Shown: positions 47,301 through 55,436 of the stretch, piece by piece
Layout: every line of letters starts with the position of its first letter
Numbering within the stretch: the stretch's first letter is position 1
Origin: Alloascoidea hylecoeti
Lineage: Eukaryota
Assembly: GCA_001600815.1 (NCBI GenBank)
Contig: BCKZ01000006.1
Coordinates: forward strand, 869,048 to 924,483
Length of the DNA: 55,436 nt
Direction of reading: 5' to 3'
Notes under the pieces: model-generated
The model's database searches: none
Told to the model about the DNA's origin: nothing
Seen by the model: the letters and a program-made list of their open reading frames with translations, nothing else
Program-made: the position numbers and the translations under genes

Positions 47301-47501
47301 GTTATCAGAATAGCCATCTGAAGAAATAGTGATGAGCTGATCATAGAAAAAGTTGAGGACTTCAATTGTATTTTTGTTCAGAGTGCCCACCACGAGACAA
47401 ACGAGATTGTGTTCCGAAGTAAGCTGATGAATTTTTTTGGCCAATACTACAGCACCAGGTAGATCTCTGTCCCTGACGAGACAAGTAGCGATAGCGATCA
47501 T
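44373..47501 (-). CDS. Glycogenin-like (GT8) protein with long disordered C-terminus and degenerate catalytic motifs
   Basis: LPGAVVLA, KINIWNLLQYDKVLFL, DSYWPDAFNTDVFVTRPS, QSILNTYF, WHNLSYNYNV, YQYLPA; C-terminal PLFPWE and NTWDQIPSVLSYV motifs as in fungal glycogenins. Confidence 0.85.
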   Translation of the reverse strand: MIAIATCLVRDRDLPGAVVLAKKIHQLTSEHNLVCLVVGTLNKNTIEVLNFFYDQLITISSDGYSDNELSDLAKINIWNLLQYDKVLFLNSSCFPIGQIGGLFELESFPFSHNGISACSDSYWPDAFNTDVFVTRPSKNVFDELSLLFKSNGTPTEEHPSSLGSGPNADPYTGTTKERNGQSILNTYFSSSWHNLSYNYNVPIDQSSSSQTPYQYLPALHHYQKDVKIVRFTGEPWKEESLSRTPDKNEDPSILDYYKQWWTTFLSNPYGHKHELIAHLYQTRQLLQNWFLSTGTNIDGVNRKQFRSTAPNYQRINEPYYKETLYTKDEVEIIQDPIKDQHSTPEPASGKSDYKEEYYEPKDLPVIPPYYEAERYASLPTIKPSPYAWNPLKYEPPVIAPPHVHHQQPHEVHQPPETQSYAPQHSHPTAEDSNWGKPYTNAWDQPFQEQIKPYVAPVFNLPSVISDDEWKNYSDGRNQRPGREVDYNYPGQVEIKNNVERVWAAQGQWNGNGNGGHYYEESLKEKHISVPVPVPVKLDSNPEETLQVEQVNHTVKPAYIPEPPPKPLFPWEFRPRTEISRIFPGDDLDGRNQKLQEISEKEREKREIEEGRDPDIPLELDYAYMEKLVYELENDPIAYSTSQIIGTSPTKFRTPSSGSPHSQTSQSSSQKRSSFSFRSSRNPPHTRNPTLVDSKSRKSENTWDQIPSVLSYVNNVLSQANHKTPGYEDSSSDSESEEFYDQILQGGRQGYRTPKFSKLKSSSEKIILPITPNPLKSPNRLPHSSSSLVATSGLDFQSNNNPTFVTESESQFKRSQKDDVKIKGEKDSSIIPQSINEKFKLPVDVSESVNDVTKSSEDPSIKAAVPLELLSDNKEEGTSLPVSNIIDTVIHDDKQLAEGLNIVGSDTANISDITYSDHQAPQSKSTPLDSLSESPIIITKESLVKQEKSKEEDINPLTTDINVTDKTVISDTSGVVESGVSPNLNGAPIPGSGDSDKYQSSQHLESTPAQNTQQYSDIPGTGQNAPPVQRVFRDYLPSSVDAS

Positions 47502-47703
47502 CAATAGAAAAGAGAAGGAAGTGAAAGAAGTAAAGCCTAATGAAAATTAATAATTAGCAGGATAAGGAGGAGATGTTCTACGGAAGTGTAGGGTTAATAA
47601 TAATATGCATATTTCAATTGATATTACTTGCAAGGTGAAGCTTCTATTATCTAAATATTATTTATTTAAGTAACGCGTTCATGCATATGCACCCGCAAAA
47701 TGA

Positions 47704-49383
47704 TTAATTCGAACCCTTTCGTCTCAAAACAGCAACACTCTCTACATGATGGGTCTGAGGAAAGAAATCAAAGCCCCTAATGCTCTCTATCTGGTAATAT
47801 ATCATGCCGCCATCCTTATTTGGTTTGGTTGCAGCTGTATTTAGTAAGTCCGCCAAATCTCGTGCCTGTGAATGGACATTGCAGCTCACGTAAACAATGA
47901 TCTCTGGTGCGAAAAAAGCAAGTTGCTCCATAAAAGCGCTTCCACAGCCTTTTCGTGGTGGATCAACGATAATCGCAGTTTCTGATGCTGGACTGGTGAT
48001 GCGTGCAAATATTCGTTCTGCATCTCCGACAATGAAATCTGCATTTTTAATTTGGTTGATCTCTGCATTATGGCGAGCACTTGTAACTGACTGTTCTGAT
48101 ATCTCAACACCAAAAACTTGTTCTACAGATTCGGAGCAGGTAACAGCAAAGAGCCCTGATCCACAGTAAGCATCTACTAAAAATCGCATACCTTGGATAT
48201 GTTTTCGGACATAACTGCATACTAGCGGGAGGATCAAATTATTGTTTTGGAAAAATGAACCTGCTGGAAAGTCAAAACGTTTGCCTTCAACGTATTCACT
48301 AATCATTTGTTTTTGATTACTGACACACTCTTGGGTGTATTCTTCAGTACCAACTACTTTTGTTGTATGTTCTCGTAGTAAAATTGTGACTCCCTTTTTA
48401 TATTCGTTGAATTTCTCATGAACTATTGCCCTTTCTCGTGTTAAACCAAGGTTAACTATATCTGTCCCAATACTACATTCCTCGATATCGAGAACTTTAC
48501 TGGATCCTTTCATGCCAAAGCCTATTGGAGGAATTGCTTCTAATTTTCTTTTCCTTGGAACATCGAAATGTGGTGTTAATTTTGTTCGATACTCATATTG
48601 TTTTGGCGATCCAATTGTATCTCCAATATCTAATTGTAATGATTTATCTTGTAATAAAGGATAAAAATAATATTTATATGCATTTTCTATAACCTTTCGT
48701 TTGAATATGAGTTGTGTTTCATAAGGAATCATTTGATATTGACAACCTGAACATTTTCCAAAATAACGACAATTAATAAGGTTGTCATTTCGATGTGGAC
48801 TTGGCTTGACTATTTCTAAAATATCACATTCAACAAATGACGGAAATGTTCGACGTAGTTTGATATTTATAACATCACCAATTATTGAATATGGAATAAT
48901 GACAAATATATGTGAGCTACCAATGTTATCTGGTGAATCTTTAAGGTGTGGATTTTGAATGATCGATATACCATCACCATTTGAAGCTTGATCTAATATC
49001 TCAACATTTTTAACAACACAGTGCCATTCTTCAGGATTTATTTCAGCATTTAAAATCTTGTCAAGATCATTTTTAATGTCAGATGATGTTAAATTTTGAT
49101 GAGATAAAAGGGTTGAAATTTCATGCTCCAAGACACCAGAAGGTGACGTTTCATCAACAGGTTTCTTCTTAAATGTTTTTCGTTTAAATTTTTTACCCTT
49201 TGGTTTTTTGGATGAAATTTTATTAGTTGAATTTAGTGAGTTGTCTGGTTTGGAAATTTCATTGGTTGTAGATACATCTTTAATACCAACGTTAACGGTA
49301 TCAGACTTGAATTTTTTCAAAGGTTGTTCATTATCACTTGAGTTACCCATTTTACGGTCTATATCCTCAATGCTTGGTGGCAT
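47704..49383 (-). CDS. TRM2: tRNA (uracil-54-C5)-methyltransferase
   Basis: CRYFGKCSGCQYQ, YRTKLTPHF, GSFFQNN, DAYCGSGLF, IVDPPRKGC, YVSCNVHSQARDL, GFDFFPQTHHVESV; first ATG at 49383. Confidence 0.95.
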   Translation of the reverse strand: MPPSIEDIDRKMGNSSDNEQPLKKFKSDTVNVGIKDVSTTNEISKPDNSLNSTNKISSKKPKGKKFKRKTFKKKPVDETSPSGVLEHEISTLLSHQNLTSSDIKNDLDKILNAEINPEEWHCVVKNVEILDQASNGDGISIIQNPHLKDSPDNIGSSHIFVIIPYSIIGDVINIKLRRTFPSFVECDILEIVKPSPHRNDNLINCRYFGKCSGCQYQMIPYETQLIFKRKVIENAYKYYFYPLLQDKSLQLDIGDTIGSPKQYEYRTKLTPHFDVPRKRKLEAIPPIGFGMKGSSKVLDIEECSIGTDIVNLGLTRERAIVHEKFNEYKKGVTILLREHTTKVVGTEEYTQECVSNQKQMISEYVEGKRFDFPAGSFFQNNNLILPLVCSYVRKHIQGMRFLVDAYCGSGLFAVTCSESVEQVFGVEISEQSVTSARHNAEINQIKNADFIVGDAERIFARITSPASETAIIVDPPRKGCGSAFMEQLAFFAPEIIVYVSCNVHSQARDLADLLNTAATKPNKDGGMIYYQIESIRGFDFFPQTHHVESVAVLRRKGSN

Positions 49384-50139
49384 TATTATTCGAAACAAAA
49401 TAAATGAAAGTAATCTTTAAAGGAATCTTGGAAGAATATAGGAGTAAATTCAATTTTTGCTCTGCACACTTGCAAAAAAAAAACATTTTTTATATTTTTC
49501 ACTCTCACGTGATTTCATTGGTCATTCTATTTTTCAAGCTTCTATTTGTCAAAAATTAAATTTTTTTAGATTGGTATCTTCAATGATAAGATTATAGTAA
49601 AAATATCTCATTAACAGGTGCTTAAGTCGTATCAGTAAAAAATTGGATGTGGTTTAAATGTATATAATATTGCAATTGGGGGTTTTATTGAGAGTATAAA
49701 GATATAATTAGATCTGATACCTTTATTCAGCATTTCCAATTGCATTCGCAATCATTGTATATGCAGTCTGTAGTTTGGTTCATCAGAAAAAAAGTAACTT
49801 GGATTCAAACATTAAGATAAGTTTCATATACGTGAGAGTCCAGAAGCTGAAGATGATGCAAAGTAAAGAGGTTTACAACGTTAATACCGTTTGTGTCCAA
49901 GACATGTCGAACATGGTCATATCGGAGGAGAATAGGAAAAGTTTATATTAATAGCTATAGCTTAGCATAACTGAAAGAAGCCTCAATACTATCTAGCTAA
50001 TGCCATCGCAAGAAAATAATTTTGCAATTTTATTTAAATTTTTCTATTCATCTTTTTTTGTTTCCCAGGATCGTTTCCTATAGCTAGGATATACTAGCCA
50101 TATAATACTTATACACCCACCCTTATTCACATCCCGCAA

Positions 50140-52789
50140 ATGCATCCGCGTCCCTCACAGTCTCCCCAACTGCCCCGTCCCCCAACTTCATCTCCCCCGG
50201 AACCCAAAAGACAGAGGAAGTCCAACGACAAGGTTTACAAGAACTCCATCATAAAGTTCTCTGCCGTCCCTTCAACAAACCCCTCTCACCATAATCACGC
50301 AGTGCCGATTTCGTCCTCCACGGCCGCTTCTATCTATAGGCCTCTGTCTGCCGGAGGACTGAATTCACCACAATCAAACAACAATAATACTAATCCTCGC
50401 TTATCCAATACCAACATATCCCGCTCTATATCCGCTTGTGTCAGGTGTCGACAGAAAAAAATTAAATGTGACAACCGATTTCCACAATGCACGGCTTGCT
50501 CAAAAGCTCACGTCGAGTGTTTCGGCTATGATAAAGCGACAAGACGAGAGGTTCCTCGGAGTTATGTCGTACATCTAGAAGAAAGAGTAGCAATTTTGGA
50601 AGCACAATTACAGGCACAAGGAATCGCTAATAATGAAAAGTCAATATCTATATCTCCAGGTGGTCCTATTTCTATTCCACAAGGAGGATTTATTCAACCT
50701 TCATTAAATTCCTTGGGTATGGATAAACCAAAGGTAAAGGTGGAACTATCACCAAATCTAGAACATCGTCCAGTTATTAATATTGAAAATAGAACTTCAA
50801 TTAGTAAGACACCCTCGACTGAAGCGGAAGCTGTTGATGATTTGTTATCCTCTGTAGGTATGGTATCTGTGAAGTCTGGTACTGCTGCTCCTTCTTCGTT
50901 TTTAGGTGCTTCATCTGGCTTATCATTTGCTCGATTAATGTTCACAGCCGTTAAATTCAAGTTAAATTCAACTCCTCAAAGAGCAGCGTCACCAAAAATT
51001 GCTACTACATCAAGAGGAGATAGCGTTGATCCTTCTATAGGGAATAATGTCGTCGCCCAATCAAATGTCATACCTGCTACATTACCATCAAAAGAAACTG
51101 CCGAAAAGTTACTATCTTTGTATTTTACCCAATCGAATTCTCAATTACCAATATTTCATAGAGAAGAATTTCTTTCAAGAATTTTCGAACCTATATATGG
51201 AAAATTATCTCCTGATATATCACTTGCTTCAGACTATACGGAAATCCCGATCGGACCACGAGAAACAATCCCCGCCGTTGATACATACTATTATCATTAT
51301 AACCAACGTTCCAAAGCCAATTTAAATCCATATACGAAAGAAGAATTACCAGCTCATATATCACGATCTTTATATTTCTTAAATATAATATTTGCTATCG
51401 CTGCCTCGGTTCATCATCAACAGCATCATGCTTCATTTTCTGAATCTTATAGATTAGAAGCTATGAAATATGTTGATTCTGTGTACTCTTCAACCGATCG
51501 TTTAATGGTACTACAGGCAATCTTATTATTATCTGTTTACTCAACTATGCAACCTGCTGTTCCAGGTGTCTGGTATGTTCTTGGATCTGCTTTACGACTA
51601 TGTGCTGATTTAGGTCTTCATACTGAACTAGGTGTAAGATCCTGGAATTATAAACCAAAAAAGGATTCAATTTTACCATCTGAATATGATTCATATACTT
51701 TAGAAATGAGACGAAGGTTATTTTGGTGCGCTTATTCTATAGATCGACAAGTCTGTGTATATCTTGGGCGTCCTTTTGGTATTCCTGAAGAATCAATTAA
51801 AGTAAGTTTTCCATCAGAATTAGATGATTCAAAAATAATAAGGAATCAAAGTGAAATTAGAGATTATTCAAAAAGGAAAACAAAAGAACCATCATATAAA
51901 TTAATATCACTTAGTATGTTTAAAATTCGAAAATTACAAGCTGAAATTCAAAGAATTATGTATGATTGTTCACCATTATATGGAAAATTTCAAAATTTAG
52001 AAAATTGGAGACAAAATATGACAATGAGATTAGAAAAATGGCACGATGAATGTCCTCAATCACCTAAATTTATGAATTGTAATTTTAATAGAGAATTTTT
52101 TGATTTAAATTATAATCAAACTAGAATTCAATTATATGGTTTATGCCCTTTAAATCCAACACCAAATTTGAAAACTTTTACAATTTTAGCAGATGCAGGA
52201 GAAAATGTTATAAAAGCTTATACTGCTTTATATAAACGAAGGGCAATAAATTATACTTGGGCTTGTGTTCATAATTTATTTATTTCCGGGACTTCTTATC
52301 TTTATTCTTTATATAATTGTCCTGAAGTGAGACATCAATATTCCTTAGAGAAGATTGATTATCATACTTCAAGTTGTATTGGAATTCTAGAGGCAATGAT
52401 TGATAGATGTGATGCTGCAAAAACTTGTCGTGATACTTTTGAGTTATTGACTGCTGCAATTTTAAAACTTTGTTATGAAGAAAAAAATAATATCAATGGA
52501 AATGATGGGGTCAATAATAGAGGGAATGGGGGTAAACAAAGTGAAAATCAACAACAGTCAATTGTAATCCCTCAAACTACAACAAATTCAAAATCTTCAG
52601 CTGCTGTCAGTCTTTCAGAATCACAATCTTTGGATACGTCGTATTTCATACCCACTTCATCGGCAAATCAAAACTCACCTGGAACCAATTTCATAACCTC
52701 TCCGAATAATGATAGTTCAATTTTAATGGCACAACAAAAGCATCAATATCAGACACAACACTCACAACAACAGACGGATAATATATTCC

Positions 52790-52865
<76 letters not shown>

Positions 52866-53649
52866 GCAGCAAACTAATGGTATCTTCCAACCACATTTAT
52901 GGCCATTATCATCAACTTGGAACGATGATCTTGAAAAGTTTTTCGAAGAGGCATCAAGAGAAGAAGGAATTTCTCCAGGGTCTGTTCCTATGAGATCAGG
53001 ATCCCCTTCTGTTTCTTCAGTCGCCAGTATAGGTAGTAATAATATTGGAGGGTATAATCATCAACCAATAAGACAACCATTACACCAGTTATCTTCCAAT
53101 TTTATAGAAGGAAACACTAGCGGATCCATGCTTACTGATAATCGAGACATTTATTCAAATATTATGAACTCACAACCACAGTCAAATTCACTACCGAAAG
53201 AATTGGAGGCTTTTGCAATATCAGCGGAACCACAACCATCAAAACTTGCGGTACCGGACTCACCGAATCCTCACGCATCGTTAGCATATGAATATCAGCG
53301 ACATAATCAATGTCCAATCGATGGTCAAAGAGTTTATGACCTGATTAATGAATTACCTTTAAGTTTGATTTGGGACCAATTTATCTCATTGCCAGGAGGT
53401 AATAATCCTCAACAACCTTTCCTTTTAGCAAATGAGCAGCAACATCATAATGAATTAGGACAAGTTACAACAACGTCTAACTCAAAATCTAGTCAGCCTG
53501 ATAATAGTATCAATGACAATCGATCTATTACAACTAAATCCTTGGAAGAGTCACTCCCAATCTTTCCTTCTAACCTTTATCAACCACTTGAGCAGAATAA
53601 AAATAAGAGACAGCAAAACTTCTTACAGGAATCTAATATTAATTTTTAA
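50140..53649 (+). CDS. Zn(II)2Cys6 transcription factor, Ppr1/UaY type
   Basis: ACVRCRQKKIKCDNRFPQCTACSKAHVECFGYDKATRREVPRSYVVHLEERV (Ppr1/UaY signature); fungal TF middle homology region RRRLFWCAYSIDRQVCVYLGRPFGI. Confidence 0.92.
52789..52872 (+). repeat. (CAA)n polyglutamine tract, 28 Gln
   Basis: Nearly pure CAA run within the transcription-factor ORF. Confidence 0.95.
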
Positions 53650-54868
53650 ATTCTTCTATCAAAAAAGATATTATTGTCATTTATTCTTGAAATATATATA
53701 TTTTTAACAATTCTTATAAAAATTTCTTATACGATTTAAAGTTATGTTATAATTATAACCTTTTTCTTTAGATTTGTTTTCTTATATTATAAATATATAT
53801 CTCCCATTTCATTATATATTATTACTTGTTTTATTACAGTATAGGGATGTCATTGATTATATGTTTCTATTTAGTTTAGATGGGGTTTATTTGGTATTTT
53901 AAACGTTATAATATGTATGTATTTAATATAATTGCATTCGTCAATTTAAAATTAATCACGGTTAATATATTGTATGAAATCTATACCGGTATTGCATTAT
54001 TGTTTGGTCATTTCATCACTCATAAATCATTACCTGATATAAATTTAGTCATATTATGATATTAAACCTTTTGTGTCAAGATGAATAGTATTTCATGAGT
54101 GTTCTCGCTTTCTATCTTGAAATTATTTGGCCTCATAAGTTATACCGTAGAGTAGTTAAAATAAAGGCTTGGCTCAAATTGATGGAATGACGGGCTTATA
54201 CGTATAACAAATTAAGAACAGAAATGTAATATTTTTTTTAAAGATATAAAACTAAATGTATTGTTAAGACTATTTGATTACTATCTAACTATCTAAAACT
54301 TAAACTAAAGGGAAATCTGAAGGGGATTTATATCCATCGATGGGACATACAAATATTACTATAGACCATTCTAACTAGTAGTTTCTAGCTGGTACTTCAA
54401 CATTATTTTGTTATAGAAGGTTCTAATAATCCAATCTTATAATATAATACTCAACTATAATACAAGAAATGATAAGAACTCTAATGTGTTAACTATCCTA
54501 ATTTTTATGAAAGAGCATTGGAATTCCAATAAATATATATTTAATTTGTTTCTATTTATCATAAAAAATCTAATCCTATTCCAGCTTCCCTAGTTTGGCC
54601 TACCAATAAAAAAAATTTTTTTTAGATATATAATTTATATATACTTTAAAGTAAAAAAGAAAGATGAAATGTTAATATTTTGATAACGCTATAAATCTAT
54701 AGACTTGTTCAATATTCCATGAACCTAATCTAAGTAAAATGCAAAAAGATAAAAATAAGCCACTAGTAAAAGATCTGAATAACAAAGAAACAAGTTATAT
54801 CTGAAAACTTTTTCAAAATTATACGGGTATGTCTAATAGTAAGATGAAGATATAAAAGATGAGTCGAA

Positions 54869-55436
54869 TTACAACATAAGAGCACCTAAAGCAAAAATAG
54901 CAGCGACGGCACCGCTAGATGGGATACTTGATCTAAATGCAGCACCAGTTGCAGTAAGGATAGAGGCAGATGCAGATGCGGTACTGGCTGCTTCACTAGC
55001 ACTTCCAGAAACTGAAACTGAACCAGTAGCTTCGGCTTCGGCTTCACTTGCTGAAATAGATGCAGCGGCCTTTTGTAAGACAATGTTATTGTTCGAAGCA
55101 GCATAACTTGAGTTACTAGAATTAGATCCATAATAAGTACCATTAGTACCATTGCTGTATAATCCTGAGGGTAGAGCAGAAGCAGAAGCAGAATTGGCTG
55201 GGCAGTTGGTAACNTCAGCAGCACAAGATGTGATCGTAACATAAACAGTTTCTTCAGCTGGGACACCAGAAGTAACAGTAGAAAGTGTACCTTCAGTGCT
55301 TGTGACAATAACGGCACTAGATATGTAGCTGTTGACACTAGTTGTAACAGCAGTAAAAACACCTGAAGAGGAAGGAACCTCAGAATAAGAGACCTCAGAA
55401 ACAGCAGCAAGTGAACTAGTTGCAGAAGCAGAAGCA
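54869..55436 (-). CDS. 3' part of a Ser/Thr/Ala-rich GPI-anchored cell-wall protein (5' end outside the window)
   Basis: Open minus frame from the window end to TAA at 54871-54869; contains TVYVTITSCAAEXTNCPA and ends TGAAFRSSIPSSGAVAAIFALGALML (GPI-signal-like); the track ORF 54886-55410 is an off-frame shadow. Confidence 0.85.
   Translation of the reverse strand, partial: ASASATSSLAAVSEVSYSEVPSSSGVFTAVTTSVNSYISSAVIVTSTEGTLSTVTSGVPAEETVYVTITSCAAXVTNCPANSASASALPSGLYSNGTNGTYYGSNSSNSSYAASNNNIVLQKAAASISASEAEAEATGSVSVSGSASEAASTASASASILTATGAAFRSSIPSSGAVAAIFALGALML

Noticed and set aside
54886..55410. 174-aa Leu-rich minus-strand ORF in the track
   Set aside because: Shadow frame of the Ser/Ala-rich GPI protein

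Overview
AT-rich eukaryotic genomic DNA from a budding yeast-like fungus. Short introns (57-81 nt) with GTATGT/GTAAGT/GTGAGT donors and CTAAY branch points, several per gene, suggest an intron-richer, early-diverging Saccharomycotina lineage (inference). Protein genes: PQ-loop transporter, TPS3/TSL1, CTK3 (spliced), PSH1-like RING ligase (spliced), FAA-hydrolase (4 introns, C-terminal SKL), MATE transporter, COX7 (spliced, missed by the ORF track), GAP1-like permease, a large low-complexity protein, two class-3 lipase paralogues flanking UTR2/CRH2, a glycogenin-like protein with degenerate catalytic motifs, TRM2, a PPR1/UaY-type Zn2Cys6 factor and the 3' end of a GPI-anchored wall protein. One tRNA-Thr(AGT) gene is also present. 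The most striking item lies in an ~11 kb gene-free stretch (18.6-30 kb): a 376-bp non-coding miniature LTR retroelement (TRIM-like) at 21675-22050. It has two identical 93-bp LTRs, a 5-bp target-site duplication, a tRNA-iMet PBS and a PPT. It also carries what looks like a complete RNA polymerase III promoter (TATA and A-box in the LTR, B-box just past the PBS, T5 tract). Other mobile relics include a clear Tc1/mariner transposase pseudogene and weaker Ty3/gypsy-like fragments.
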